This document shows positions 14,341 to 32,946 of a DNA stretch of 64,000 bases, piece after piece (position 1 is the first letter of the stretch; each line of letters starts with the position of its first letter). Where the stretch lies: assembly GCF_009914755.1 (NCBI RefSeq), contig NC_060936.1; one strand, written 5' to 3'. This DNA comes from the human T2T-CHM13v2.0 reference genome, Homo sapiens. The position numbers and the translations under genes are program-made. The notes beneath the pieces are model-generated. The model had not been told where the DNA came from. It saw nothing but the letters and a program-made list of their open reading frames with translations, and did not search any database.

Positions 14341-15512
14341 AAAATGTGTTACCATCATTACAGCATGTGCTTTTGGTGAGAGATTTCAATAGCCTTCAGC
14401 CATATTATTAATAACCCCATCATACTCTGTTGTAATAAATAGTACTTTAATCTACCCTTATAAATTACAGTGAAAATATATACATTACTGTAAAGGACTG
14501 CCCCCAATTTTAAAAAATTAATTCAGAATCCTGACAGGTCAAACTGCTTTCTAAATCTTGTATTAAAAAGATGTCTTCTAATTTTAACAATTACCTTATA
14601 AATAGTTGACTGGATTAATGAACAGCTGTACAGCAGAGGAGAGGGTAAAATGATAAGCTGATTTTTAAGCAGCTAAGTTCGAAAATCTGTGTGCTCATAA
14701 CCCTAAATTACCATTGGAAATAATTTTGTTATTAAAATACTATTACTGTCATGTATACATAGACAAGATGTATGCAAATCTGGTTCCAAAGTATTGCACA
14801 GCATTTATTAAGATAGTGTTTAGCCACCAGCATTTTTTTTAATTTTAAGAATCAATTAATTTGCATACTTAACAGCTCATAGAGATGAGTGATTGGAAAG
14901 CTGCTGAAAAGTTCATAGAAAATAGTGACTGTTGAAGAAAGAACATCTATCATACCTGAAGTTCAGTATTTTCCCCCTATATTTCAAAAGTTTTATGAAA
15001 TATAAGAATTTAAATAAATAAATTGTTGAGCTTTAATACTAAAACAGTATTTGTGGTAGTTGGTTTTCAGGGTAGAGATGCTTAAAGTTTATGGTATTGC
15101 CAGCCTTGTTCCTGAATGGAGCATTTAGAATTGGATATGATGTTTTTCTTGGTCTCCCAGAAAATTACAACCTACTAATGGTTAAATCTAAAATTATGGG
15201 TTCTCAGAAAATAATTTGGAACATGTACAGTCTGGGCCTACCTAACTTTTAACAAGCTGATTCATTAGAAATATACAAAGAGATTGAATGGATATTACTG
15301 TGTTTAAATCTACATATGCACTTTACGAGTACACCCAAAGTGCACACCTGGAAACAAACACCAAACTGTCTCCTGAGACCCAGGTTATAAAACACGCTTA
15401 GAGAAGCCTGGTTGGTTCTCAGTCATTGGCCTGAAGCCAGTGAAAGGACACAGTTGCATCATATTCCCCTAGTCTACAGTGTTTAACATTTCTTAATTTC
15501 AATTTCTGCTAA

Positions 15513-15878
<366 letters not shown>

Positions 15879-16257
15879 CCCTATCTATCTTATTATTGAG
15901 AAACAATAGCCAGGAAGAACAGAAGGAAACCTGTTTTTAAGGCTGGTTCTAGTTGAGCTAATTGCTATCTAGAGCTCTCTTTGTATTTAGACATCAAGAC
16001 AACAGTCACAGCAATGTTCCCTAAGCCCACATTGTCCTCCTGAATGGTAGATGAAATTACCAGCACCTGACTTGCAGCTCTTCTTATGGCTGTGCACTGA
16101 AGTAACTATTTCTCTTAATACATATTTTAACAATCTCAGATGAGACTAAGTGGGTCTCTTACTTTTGTGTCGTCTAGTAAGGAGCCATAACTGAAATATC
16201 CTCCTTTTTATTACCATAATGATATAACTATAGGAAAAGAAAAAACATGAGCCATGA

Positions 16258-16632
<375 letters not shown>

Positions 16633-16633
16633 A

Positions 16634-16969
<336 letters not shown>

Positions 16970-17199
16970 CATTAAAAAGTACACATGTCTAAGTATACAT
17001 GTCAGTGAAATTTTACACACTTATGTAACCAGCATCTACATCCAGGAAGCAGATGATTGCCGACACCCCAGCAACCAGTTCTCACACTCCGTTTTCAGGT
17101 ACCATCCCCTGCCTATTCCTGCAGGAGTAACTGCTCTACTGAATTCTGACAGTATTGATTAATTGTATCTTAAAAAATCAAAACTTAAAGATTTTCTGT

Positions 17200-18148
17200 C
17201 AACAGAGCAACCAGGGACCCAGAGGCAGAAGCCAGGGGAGCCACCACAGGCAGAGGGCACAGCCTTGAGTCAGAGGATTGTTCTCAGACCTTGAAACCTA
17301 ATGGAATTTTCTCTGCTGGATTTCAGACTTGCTTGGGGCTGATGAGCCCTTTTTTTCTTCCAGTTTTTCCCTTTTGGAATGAGAATGTCTATCATATACT
17401 GGTCCCACCGTTGTATTTTGGAACCTGATAACTTGTTTTCTGTTTCGCATATTGACAGATGGAGAAGATGGATCATACTTAGTCTCCCTCATACCCAACT
17501 CAGATTAATTAGATGAGGAGATTTGGGACTTTCAAGTGATGCTGTTTAGATGGAATTTTGGATTTAGAGTTGTGCCATAGTGGGTTAAGATTTTTGGGGA
17601 TACTGGAATGGGGTGAACCTATGTTGTGTATGGGACAGATAAGAATTTGGTGGGACTAGAAGGCAGGCTGTAGTAGATGGAATGCCCCCCAAAACATATG
17701 CCCTCCCCAAACTTATAGCCCCCAAAAAACATTATGTCCACGTCCAGTTTCTATAACCTGTAAATGAAACCATATTTGGATAAAGGGTCTTTGCAGATGG
17801 GATTAAATTAAGGATTTCAAGAAGAGATCATTCTTGATTATCCAGGTGGGGCCCTAACCCTAATGACAAGTCCTTGTGAGAGACAGAGAGAAGACAGATA
17901 CAGAAGATAAGGTGATATAAAGGCAGAGGCAGAGATTAGACTGGGTGGCTATGAACCAAGAAATGTCCACAGTCACTGAAGCCAAAAGAGGCAAGGAAGG
18001 ATGCTCCCTTAGCATCTCCACAGGGAACATGGCCCTGCCAACACCATACTTTTGGACTTGGGGCCGCTAGAACTGTGAGAGAGTAAATTTATGTTGTGTT
18101 TATGTTGTTTGTGATCATTTCTTACGGCAGCTCCAGGAAACTAACACA
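17200..18148 (+). mobile_element. MLT1 internal fragment plus LTR (LTR ~17669-18148)
   Basis: agggtctttgcagatgggattaaattaagg, tagaactgtgagagagtaaatt, ends ggaaactaacaca. Confidence 0.8.
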
Positions 18149-18383
18149 TGGAGTAGGTAACACAGCTTCTCGAGTCCTTCATGTATGACAAGCTTGTTGC
18201 CCCTGAAGGTATTAGGGTTCCCCTTTATTTGAAGGAGAAAGGTGAATACATTATCTCTGCTTAATCACTAGCATTTGTTGATATATGCAAAGAAGACATT
18301 CTTAAGACAGCCTCGGGGCAGAAGAGGTCAAATAATATTTTTGGAGAAAGGAGAATACTAAGAGACTAATAAGAGTTAGCCTC

Positions 18384-18672
18384 GGCCGGGCGTGGTGGCT
18401 CACGCTTGTAATCCCAGCACTTTGGGAGGCCGAGGCGGGCGGATCAGGAGGTCAGAAGATCGAGACCACGGTGAAACCCTGTCTCTGTTAAAAATACAAA
18501 AAATTAGCCAGGCGTGGTGGTGGGCACCTGTAGTCCCAGCTACTCGGAGAGGCTGAGGCAGGAGAATGGTGTGAACCCGGGAGGCGGAGCTTGCAGTGAA
18601 CTGAGATTGCGCCACCGCACTCCAGCCTGGGTGACAGAGACTCTGTCTCAAAAAAAAAAAAAAAAAAAAAAA
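18384..18672 (+). mobile_element. AluY-lineage element with 12-bp left-arm deletion
   Basis: gatcgagaccacggtgaaacc (lacks atcctggctaac); ttagcctc on both flanks. Confidence 0.9.
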
Positions 18673-20281
18673 TTAGCCTCATGAATGAGCTAGAAAAGGA
18701 GCTCTTAGGCAGAGGGATCATTGTGGCCAGGGTTGCTGAAGCATGAAGCATCCTGAGATCAGGGAGCCATAGAAGGCTTCTTATTACCAAGTCTGCACTA
18801 CTCCTGGGCAGTGACGTGAGACTCCAGAGCCAGGAGGAGACAGGTCACGGAGAGCCCTGGATTGACAATGCTGAGAGTAGCTTGGACTTGCTCCTGTAGG
18901 GGATGCCAAGCCATGGAGAGGCTTTTAGTCTCACCGATGTTTTCAGAGTTTTCTTTTATAGATAAATCAATCACTCTGGCAGCTAATGGAGGAAGTTAAG
19001 GGGAGCCTGGAGTAAGAAGATGGTAAGATTAAAAACAGGGAGACTGTTTAAGAATCTATTCCAGTTGCCCAAATATGAAATGATGAGGACAAGAATATAG
19101 GGTAGTTGAGATGGAGTAATGTATTCACTAGGCCATTCTGTGTATCAAACACCACCTAATCTTAGTGCCTTAACACAGTAAACGCTTATTTCTTGGTTAC
19201 ACAAAGTCCACCGCAGATCTTGCCGGCTCTATGAGGAAGCTGCCCTCCATGCAGCAATTCAGTAATCCAATTCTACTAAAAATTTCCTCCTTTAGCTCTT
19301 TCAGTATGAGGCCTTCTTGGTCACTGTGGCAAAGGAACAAGTAATTGGTGGTTCCCGTGCTGTTTCTTCTATGCTTGGGTCCCACGGTCACTACCCACAG
19401 ACCACTGGCCAGTCAGATGTCTGGTCTGGCCAAGTAAGTGGAAGTGGTCTCCCTAATTAAAATGAGTAATCAAGAAGAAAGGCCATATATGGAAGAGAAT
19501 ATAACATGCTTATTTTTAGTAGAGTTGAATTCGAGGTTATTTATACCCAAATAGATACATCAAGAAAGCCGTTGGCTGGAGATGCTCCAGGTAAAGATGA
19601 GAGCTAGAAATGATAATTTTGGAGTCATCAGAACAGAAATACTACTTAAACCCATGAAAATGGAATAGCTTGCTTAAGAGAGAATATAGGCAAGTTATAC
19701 TTACTTTTTACTGTTTTCTGACACATACTAAAATATTAACACAGGCCATTCTTTTCATCCTTACAGATTATAGTTCAATGAGCATATGCCCTCTGTAAGC
19801 CTGTTGGTAATGGATTTCAGAATTGGCTCTACTGGATATGCATTGCTAGGAGTTTTTATGCAGTTCTAGGGTTTTTAAGACCTTTTTTTCATGTCTTACA
19901 TGTGTTGAAAATGCTTTAAGCATTTATGGCACAATATATCACAGGTGATTGTGATCTTATATACCCCATAGCCATTTTGCTGATTTGATATATAAATTAA
20001 TAAAGCTCTGTTCCTGGAAATGAGGATAATGCTACATGAATACTCCAAAGAGTTAACATAAATGTAGTCTTGAAAAGCACTCCCTCAAGAAAAGAATTCT
20101 GTCCAAATCCTATTAATTCCCGGGTATTTTGCCTATTTTCCTTAAAAGCACCTTACATTAAAAAATCTGTTTTGCATTCAGTCTCTAAGCAAAAATATGT
20201 AGTGCCTTTAAAGAAACAACAACAAAAAAACCCTTGAGTAGGTTAATCTCTCCATTTTAAGTTACACACTTATTTCATGAA

Positions 20282-21220
20282 CTAATCAAACTTGTCGTTA
20301 AGGCTTCATTAATTTCCTCTCCACTCATGGGGTGGGATGGTTGAATCATAGCGGGGCTGTGTGTGTCTGGAAGTGACCTTTGTATATTTGGGTGGTAAAT
20401 TATACTTCAAAATACCAGTAGACATTTTATTAAAATTTTTATTTTCTTTGGTAGATTATTTCCTTCTAATTATAGTAGTAAACACTGGTATGTTATGATT
20501 AGTGATTAGCTTATAACAAACATCTAAACAGGGATAAGTCAGCCTGTTTAGCGATAAACCTGTCTCTTGATATATTTAGAACTGATCACTAGCCAGTATG
20601 GCTCCATATATTTCTAGGACAGTGTAACCCACAGTGACATAAATTAAAATTTTAAAAAAATCAAGGATACAGTAAATACCAACTGTCTATTAATATTGAT
20701 TAATAAATCAATACATTTAAAAAATAATAAAGTTTAATTTTTCAAATTGATAAAAGTAAAAATTACTAAATTGATACATTACTGAGTTAATAAAATTAAC
20801 ATTTACTACTATTAATCTAAATGGGAAGGTGAAACATGGGACAAAGAATGAATTTTTCTGAACCTAAAAACTGGAAGGAAAGTCAAAAGTACTTACCAGA
20901 GCATGCTTAGGATGCCCAAAGGTACTGTCAGTTCATCTCCCGGAGGTGGGGTTAGTTTAGTCACCACCAAAATAAAACTGTGGTCAAACCATGAATTTTG
21001 GAGTATTAAATGAACCCAGTTGTGGATTCACTATGGTCAAATTACTACAAGAACTGGGACTGGAATAGGTTGCCCTGCCCTAGAAGTTTCCTAGTTGATT
21101 GAGTTGAGGTCTGATTAAGTTGAGGTCACTTCCAGACACACACAGTCGCACTCTGATTCAACCATCCCACTCCAGGAATGGAGAGGAAATTAATGAAGCC
21201 TTACTGACAAGTTTGATGAG
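20282..21220. repeat. Inverted repeat pair, 98-bp arms (20282-20379 and 21123-21220), 743-bp spacer
   Basis: Manual alignment of left arm with reverse complement of right arm: ungapped, about 10 mismatches in 98. Confidence 0.92.
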
Positions 21221-21379
21221 GGAGGGAGCAGCTATGTTGGCATGTCTTCTAAGAGCTGTTTCTGACTTCTGGTGCCCAGCAGTAGTCCAGCTATGGTAGC
21301 TGATCAGTTGCTGCCTAATTACCTAATCCTATTGGCAAGATGAATGTTTCAGTTCGCTGCTGTGCCTTTAATCATAATT

Positions 21380-22290
21380 GTCTTTTATTCATTCAGTTTG
21401 AGGTCTTCCTGGTTCTTGGGATGTTGAGTGATTCTCAGTTGAAACCTGGACATGTTGGATGTTATGCGATATGACTCTGGGTCTTACTTAGACTTCTGTT
21501 TTAGCTGGTTTTCTTTGACACCACTCCAGCAGGGGAAGAATGGGGTGCTGCCTCAGTATTGCCCAGTGGAGGTAGAAGTCCAGTTTCTCCCACTTGGACC
21601 CTGCTGACACTCAAGGGGTGGAGGCTTCTTGTTACTCCTAGGTGGAGATGGGTATTCATGTCCCCACTAGGCTTCACTGGTGTATCCCTGCCTGGTTAGG
21701 GTAGGAAGGCCTCCACTAACACAGTGGGGGTGAAGGAAGGGGGGCCTGGTTACTGCTGTGCGGTAGTGAAGGTCCGACTCCACCAGGAGACACGGCTGTT
21801 ACTGCTCCATGGAGGTGGAATTCTAGAATCCTCACCTAGTCTCTAGTGACACTGTGGAGGGGAGACTTCATTGCTGATGGTTGGAGATTATAGCCCTGCC
21901 TCCCTCGGCTTTCCCTGACACCTTCCAGTGGAGCAAGGAGAGGCTGAAGCACCTCCTCACAACCTGGTGAGCATGGGGCCCGCCGCTTGGTCTTTACTGA
22001 CATGAGTGACAGTGGGACCACATGGTCTTTGGAATAGAGTGATTGTTGTCCCACAGGTTTCTATGTTGCTAGGCTGTCCCTTTCCTTTGGAGGCTTCTTT
22101 GGCTAGAGAGAGTGGGCTCCTGTTGAAGCTTTTTTGGTCTGTGCCTGTTGGCATTTCCTGGTTGTTGGCTTCTTCAGCTCTACCTCTGGATATATAAGGC
22201 AGAAAGATCCAGGGAGCTGCAGGTCACAGCACTCCTGACTGGTCTGCCTTCTCTCTGCCTTTTTAGTGTTTGTCTGTGTGTATAGTTCTT
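21380..22290 (-). mobile_element. Ancient L1M 5'-region fragment
   Basis: gttgaaacctggacatgttgg...ctttggctagagagagtgggct...ttttggtctgtgcctgttggcatttcc resembles L1MC-type 5' sequence. Confidence 0.55.
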
Positions 22291-22311
22291 GTTGTACTTT
22301 TATACTTAGTG

Positions 22312-22640
22312 TGCTGGAGAAAAAAAAATATTCCTGATACTTCTTAAAGACAGTAAGGCAGACTATTCAGGGGACCACTGAGATGAGGATTTGTGTTAGA
22401 GGGCAGAGATTGGGCTCAACTCAGAATACACAAGGACCAATGGAGATGTGTAGCGAAGGAGCAGGGTGGGGGTCAGTGATGGAAAATTACTAAGAAGAAA
22501 CGTCATGGCTGGGGGATTCTTGCCAGACCTACTCAACAGGAGTTGCTGAAGACAAGCCAGAGAGATGACATATTGATAGTGGGAGATGAGGAATTTGATC
22601 AGATCTCATGAGTGATCAGGCCTCAAGGGTGGGGATTTAT
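22312..22640. mobile_element. ERV1 (MER4-group) LTR-like fragment
   Basis: gagattgggctcaactc, ggagcagggtgggggtcagtgatggaaaattactaag motifs. Confidence 0.5.
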
Positions 22641-23548
22641 TTTTGAAGGAAGACTTAAGCAAACTACCTTTTCTCTTTAGGAAAATAAAATGTATGTTCT
22701 GGGCTTAGATATCTAAGTAATCAGTAGGTTGAATTTTAATGCTTACATGCAGATAACCGATTTTTTTAAGTTATAATTTTCATTACTACCTCATCCCTTA
22801 GCCCAAGTCACATATTTACCTGTTTTGGAAAACCATACCTCTGGCAGCAGTTGAGCTTTGATGTCTAGTATCATTACTTTATTCAGCTTCCAATTCATTT
22901 TAAGTGGTCCTTAATGGGTATTCATTTCTTATCAGAATCAATCTATACCTGATACTTGTATATTTCTGGAAATCAAAGTTTTTCAAATATTTGGATTTAT
23001 AAAATTATAAGTGGAAATATTTCAACAACTATGAAGAGATAGATAATTTAAGATACTTTTCTATAATTAACAACTTTTTTTAGAAAAGCCTGATTTTAAT
23101 AAATGGTGGTTTTCTGTTTTTTTCTTCTACAGAAAAGACTGAAAGCCATTTAGCTCAGTTGTACAAAAAAGAAACTTTAGAGAATAGAGAAAATCAAGAG
23201 TGCAATAGTAGCTGTGGGAAAATTTTAACAATGTAACCACGTATGTTTGTACAGATACATATATACAGAGAAATCCTTTTATAATGAATAGTCAGAGTAT
23301 AGGAGAAAAAAATGGTATTGGAGAGTTTGGCCTTATATCATTTGCTTTCAATCTGAATGGTTCAGTAAGAATCTAAAAATGCCTTTATATCCTCTGGGTT
23401 TATTTAAAGATACTTCACTGTATGTACACACAGGTGTATAGTTGGTTTATGTTTTGACTCAGTTATATTCTTTTCTTACCATGTATGGACCATGATTTTG
23501 TAAAAAGAAAAGATAAAATTCCCTCAGAACATCTAGCTTTAAGAACTT

Positions 23549-23850
23549 TGGCTGGGTGTGGTGGCTTACGCCTGTAATCCCAACACTTTGGGAAACTGAA
23601 AGGCAAGAGGATCACTTGAGCCCAGGAGTTAGTGACGAGCCTGAGCAACGTGGGGAAACCTCATCTCTACACAACAAAAATTTTAAAAATTAGCTGGGCG
23701 TGGTGGTGCACATCTGTAGTCCCAGGCCTTAGGAAGCTGAGATGGGAAGATCGCTTGAGCCCAGGTGGTCAAGGCTGCAGTGAGCTATGATTGTGCTACT
23801 GCACTCCAGCCTGGGCGACAGAGGAGACCCTGTCTCAATTTAAATATCAA
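23549..23850 (+). mobile_element. Alu (AluJ-like)
   Basis: gaggatcacttgagcccaggag, aggctgcagtgagctatgat. Confidence 0.9.
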
Positions 23851-23908
23851 AAAGAACTTTTATTCTTGTGATCTAAAGTTCTTTTTTTTTTTTCCTTTAG
23901 AGAGAACA

Positions 23909-23911
<3 letters not shown>

Positions 23912-23949
<38 letters not shown>
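23912..23949. repeat. (GT)n microsatellite
   Basis: About 19 GT units. Confidence 0.95.
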
Positions 23950-23952
<3 letters not shown>

Positions 23953-24045
23953 GTGCTTGGATTCTTGAAGATCACTTTCTCTGCTTGCTTAGCTGTTCTT
24001 CAAGCAGGAGAAAATATGCTGTATTTATGTGATTATAAAAAGCAT

Positions 24046-24721
<676 letters not shown>

Positions 24722-24781
24722 TTTAGTATTACTTCTTGTTTTCGTGGCCTCTGTATCTGTAAAATACAACTGTACACTCAG

Positions 24782-25166
24782 TGATATGGTTTGGCTTTGT
24801 GTCCCCAACCAAATCTCATGTTGATTGTTATTCACAGTGTTGAAGAAGGGGCCTGATGAGAGGTGATTGGATGGGGGCAGCATTCCTCCCTGTTGTTCTC
24901 ATGATAGTGAGTGAGTTCTCTTGAGATCTGATGGTTTAAAAGTGTGCGATACTTCCCCCCTCACCTGTGCTCTCACTCTCTCCTGCCACCATGTAGAAAA
25001 GGTGCTTGCTTCCCTTTCACCTTCCGCCATGATTGTAAGTTTCCTGAGGCCTTCCAGTCATGTTTCCTGTGAAGCCTGAGGGACTGAGTCAATTGAACCA
25101 ATTTTCTTCATAAATTTACCCAGTCTCGGGTAGTTCTTTACAGCAGTGTGAGAGCAGACTAATACA
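24782..25166 (+). mobile_element. MaLR solo LTR (MST-like) with 5-bp TSD CTCAG
   Basis: TGATATGGTTTGG...GACTAATACA; CTCAG directly on both sides. Confidence 0.9.
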
Positions 25167-27459
25167 CTCAGCCACTCAGATAACCTAAATTACAGACAAA
25201 CTGTGGTAAATGTTCTTGGATCCTGGCCATTGTTCACTGATTTTTAGAATAACAGAATGCACTTGCCTGCATTTTCTTCTTTTCTTTAGATATGGTGTTG
25301 AGTCTCACTGAATCCAGCTAATAATTCCCTTTAAACATTCTGTTCTTTGAGAACAGATACAGCTGGGAGAAATGATCCTATGACATTAAAACTAGAATTG
25401 GATTGCATTAGGTTTATTGCAAGGATGTGAGATCTGTACTCCAAAGTGGGGCAGTGACCAGGAGCAAAGGCTCAACCACTCTTTGTTTTTGAACAGTTTC
25501 ATTTTAGGTACTGCACTGGGCCATTATAGGCAAATTGGCCCAAAAGGTATTTCACTCCTGGAACTTAAGTTCATGACCAACTTTTAGGAATGGCTTTTTA
25601 GATCTGACTGTTACTTTTTCACCAGAATGTACCATAATTATATACCATGGCCTTGCCAGAAAACAGGAAATCTTTCAAAAATTAGGAGTGGAATAGAAAT
25701 TTTGTAGTTTTTTTTTTTTTTTCAGTTTTAAAATGTTGAATGTGTTTTTATCCTTGTGTTAATATATGTTTGAAGAGAGAAAATATAGGCTGCTCTTCTC
25801 CAGAGTTCGAAGTTAAAGTCTGCACAGCATATGGGAAAGTGCTAAATATACATGGTAATTGGAATTAACCATTAAGATGAACATACTCATTCTGGCAGCT
25901 AAGAAGGGATATCTTCAGCTCAGGGAAAACTATAAGCTATGTTTGTAAGTCCACCCAGCTGGGTTATGTGTCTGGGTTATAGAAGCCAGGAATCCCATGC
26001 AAGCGTTTCTAAGGATTACAAAAACGGTCATGATGAGATGGAAGAGAACAGTTTCTTAAGAACGAGCAGATAGACCAAAAAAAATTTTTTTTATTTGCTT
26101 TCTACCAAGAGGGGGAAAAAAGTAGTTTTCATGGGAAATATGTTGAAAGAACAGATGTCTTGTGAGCTTAATTCCATAAATGGTGATGTGCCCAAGAATA
26201 CCCTGAGATAAGAAGAAAAACTACATGGAGTCTTAAAAAAAAAAATCACTGAGTCCTAAAGTAAATAAGTGAATATCCATAATCAACAATTTTCCTTTTC
26301 ATATTAAATCTATTTGCGTGGAAGGAAATGAAGGAGAAAACTTTATAAATATGTGTAAACTGGAGTCCCTGGATTCTAGAGTTCTTTTGTGAAACTAGTG
26401 TAAGGAACAGAAATTGTCTTTTTATCTGAGAAAAAACTGTGCTAGTTGAGATGTCTATTTTCTTTGCTTTTGACTGAGATAACTCACTGTGGTAACACTG
26501 GGTTTTAAATTCTGATTGGTAACTATATATCTATTTTTGTTTAATACAAAGAGGAAAATGAATTATTTAATAAAGGAATTTTTATAGAAAAAGCATTCAA
26601 AATGTTAGACTCATTGCCAAAAAATATATGTCGTCCTTAATCGTAGGAAAGGTGGGAGCTACAAACCTATCATTTTTTTGCACCAATCATGGAAAATTGA
26701 TTCTTGAATTCAACAAACATATAAAGGATTTTATCTAAGCTGGCAATTTTACTAGGTACTGAGTTGATAGAAAGATGAATGAGACTCTGTCGCAGCCCTC
26801 ATAAACTCAAATCTATTGGAAGAAAAGATATGTAAACAGATGATTAGAATCTGTTTCAGATAGCGCGGAAAGCCTTTTGTTCCAAACCTCAAGAAGCTGC
26901 ATAAGCTTTTACCACCTCTAAAAATTTGTCATGTGTGGTTGAGCTCATGTGAGAGAATGGTGTCAGAATCAAAGAGGGGGCTGAAAGATAAAGATGAGGT
27001 GTGTGAGCCTATGCAGCAGCTGCCCAGGGGCTAGCAGACGTAGTTATGACTAGAAGGACTTGGGTTTACAAAATGCCTATACAGAGAATGGAGGTGAGGC
27101 ATTGAGCTCACAAGAGGTGGGGAGTTGGAACCGAACCTCTGCTGAAGATGGGTCCATTAGAGGCTCGCTGTGCAGAAAAGCAAGACTCGTTCAGTCAAAC
27201 GCCTACCAGTGACAGATGACAAAGAAGCTTTTCTCTGCCCTGACTCTGGGAAGGAGCCCAGAGTCAGCTCTAAGAAACCAAAGTTATCAAGCCTGTACCT
27301 TCCCCAGGTTTAGACTAAAAATTTATGTCACTACTTGTCTGGGAAGTTCCTACCTGAAGATCACAAAGAAAGAAATGTACATGGTCCTTACCCATTCATA
27401 GTAAGATAATGGCAAGCTGAGGTGCTTTGTGACCAAAATCGAGAATTTAACAACACACT

Positions 27460-28587
<1,128 letters not shown>

Positions 28588-29227
28588 TAGATTTTAGAGT
28601 TCATCCTGAAGGCATATTGATAGTAATTGTATTGGTTTTGAATTTTAAAAGCATTATATTGTTAGAGAAAACAAATAACAAGTAATTATGTTATTGTTAG
28701 GAACCAAAATTTTTCAGCATAAGAGAAAAAAATATAAAGTATAAAATCAAAGTAGTTTAGTAAACCCAGTCTTCAAGACTGAGATCTGTAATCTTAAATC
28801 TGAATTTAAAACATTACTGTTAACCAATAATTTTCTCCCTTTTAAAAAAATATTTATTTCCTATCTCTGACTGAACCAGACTAGAAGAAATGATAAATAA
28901 TAAACACCCCACAGCCGGATTGTGGTTTCCCACTTAGTCTGTGTATGGTATGCTGCTATAACAAAGTCGGTAGGTAGGTAGATTATAAAGAACAGAAATT
29001 TATTTTTTCACAGTTCTGGAACTGGGAAGTCTAAGATCAAGGCACCAGCAGGTTTGGTTGTCTGGTAAGGGCCGCTTTTGACTTTTAAGATGGTACCTTG
29101 TTGCTGTATCCTCCAGAGGGCAGGGACGCTTTGTCCTTGCACACATCTATTCATTTACTCATTTGTTTATGTAATGAGTTCCCTAGTAAACTTCAGTGCT
29201 GACAAATGAGTTTATTTTCTTTTCTCC

Positions 29228-29229
<2 letters not shown>

Positions 29230-29261
<32 letters not shown>

Positions 29262-29551
29262 TTGAAACAAGGTCTCACTCTGTCAACCAGGCTGGAGAGC
29301 AATGGTGCGATCATGACCCAAGGCAGCCTTGACCTTCTGGGCTCAAGCAATCCTCCCACCTCAGCCTCCAAAGTACCTGGGACTACACACAGGCATGTGA
29401 CATCATGCCCAGCAATTTTTTTTTATTTTTTTGTAGATACAGGGTCTGGTTATGTTGCCCAGGCTGGTCTCAAACTTATAGGCTCAAGCAGTCCTCCCAC
29501 CTCAGCATTCCAAAGTGCTGGGATTACACGTGTGAGCCATCACGCCTGCCC
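29230..29551 (-). mobile_element. Alu (AluJ-like)
   Basis: Long poly-T then reverse Alu. Confidence 0.9.
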
Positions 29552-29619
29552 TCTCTTAATATTTTTTAAGAGCAAAAGCATTATTTACTTACATGGCTGC
29601 ACATTGGCTTATTTTATAT

Positions 29620-31530
<1,911 letters not shown>

Positions 31531-32545
31531 CTATTTTTGTATTTTTTAAAACACCATGTGAATTTACAGTTCTCTCAAAAATTGAAGAAGCAGTAATAGA
31601 AGTAGCACTAATAGTAGCAGTAGTCATAGTAGTAGGAGAAGAAATGCTGTAGCAAATAAAGGGAAGGGAGGATAAAGGAAGCAGGTAGAGCAGTAGAATC
31701 GTTTCTGAAGGAGGACATGGATGTATGGGTTTTTTCTGTTCTTTCCTCTGGTGTATGTTTGGAAATTCTCCATATAAAATATAATTATTTTAGTTTTAAA
31801 AGGAGAACAGGCTCTGAAGCTAGACTGTTTGTATTAGAGCTCTAGCCCTGTGACTTATTCATCATATGAATGTCGCTAAGTTATTTAGGCTCTCTGTACC
31901 TCAATAAAATTGACATGCAAATTGTACCAACTTCATATTGTTGCTATGAGGATTAAATTACCTAAAGCTCTCAGAATACTTGGCACTTAGTAAGTATTCA
32001 GTAAATGTTGGCTTGGAAATTGACTATTTTTGAAGGGAGGGCGGTAAAAAAAAAAAAAAAAAAGAGTATTTTTAAAAGTACACGTAGATTTACCAAATAA
32101 TCAATAAATCTAGTTATTCAATTAAAAACTTAGTGGCAAGTTAACGTATATGAAAGGAGAATTAATGAACTTGAAGATTCTGCCGAAATTATCCAAAATG
32201 CAGTGCAGAAGGATAAAACAAAATTGAAAATATCAAAGAGAGATTAGGAGACATGGAAAACAGACTGAGAAGGTACATTCATCTGATAGGAGTTTTGAGA
32301 AAGACCATAGGGGAAATTCAGAAGGACCAATATTGCAAAATAGGAAAGTATACATTTAAAAAACTGGAAATTACAGATTTTGCAAATTAGAAAATAAGGA
32401 AATTGCAAATATTGTAAAAAAGAGAAATTGCAAAATATTTAGAACAGGGAAAAACACTTTATATCAAAATTTGTGAGATGCTGCTAAAGCAGTTCTTGGA
32501 GGAAAATTTATACTCTTAACACATATATAAAATTGAAAATGAAAA

Positions 32546-32850
32546 GGCTGGGCACGGTGGCTCACGCCGTAATCCCAGCACTTTGGGAGGCCAAGGCAGG
32601 TGGATCACTTGAGGTCAGGAGTTCAAAACCAGCCTGGCCAACATGATGAAACCCCGTCTCTACTAAAAATACAAAAGTTAGCTGGGCATGGTGGCGGGCA
32701 TCTGTAATCTCAGCTACTCAGGAGGCTGAGAAAGGAGAATCGCTTGAACCCGGAGGTTGTAGTGAGCCGAGATCACACCACTGCACTCCAGCCTGGGTGA
32801 CAGAGAGAGAGACTGTCTCAAAAAAAAGAAAGAGAAAGAAAAAAAGAAAG
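32546..32850 (+). mobile_element. Alu (AluS-like) inserted in an old L1 fragment (~32130-33030)
   Basis: Forward Alu; flanking gatgctgctaaagcagttcttggaggaaaattta is L1 ORF2-like. Confidence 0.88.
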
Positions 32851-32910
32851 AACAGTAATGAGCTAAGCATCCAAATCAAGAAATAGAAAAAGAATATCTG
32901 TGTAACCCCC

Positions 32911-32911
<1 letters not shown>

Positions 32912-32942
<31 letters not shown>
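32912..32942. repeat. (CA)n microsatellite
   Basis: About 15 CA units. Confidence 0.95.

Positions 32943-32946
<4 letters not shown>

Noticed and set aside
23133-23240. Strong acceptor (ttttcttctacAG) with a possible GTATGT donor
   Set aside because: Early in-frame stop, weak donor context and no other support; typical pseudo-exon.
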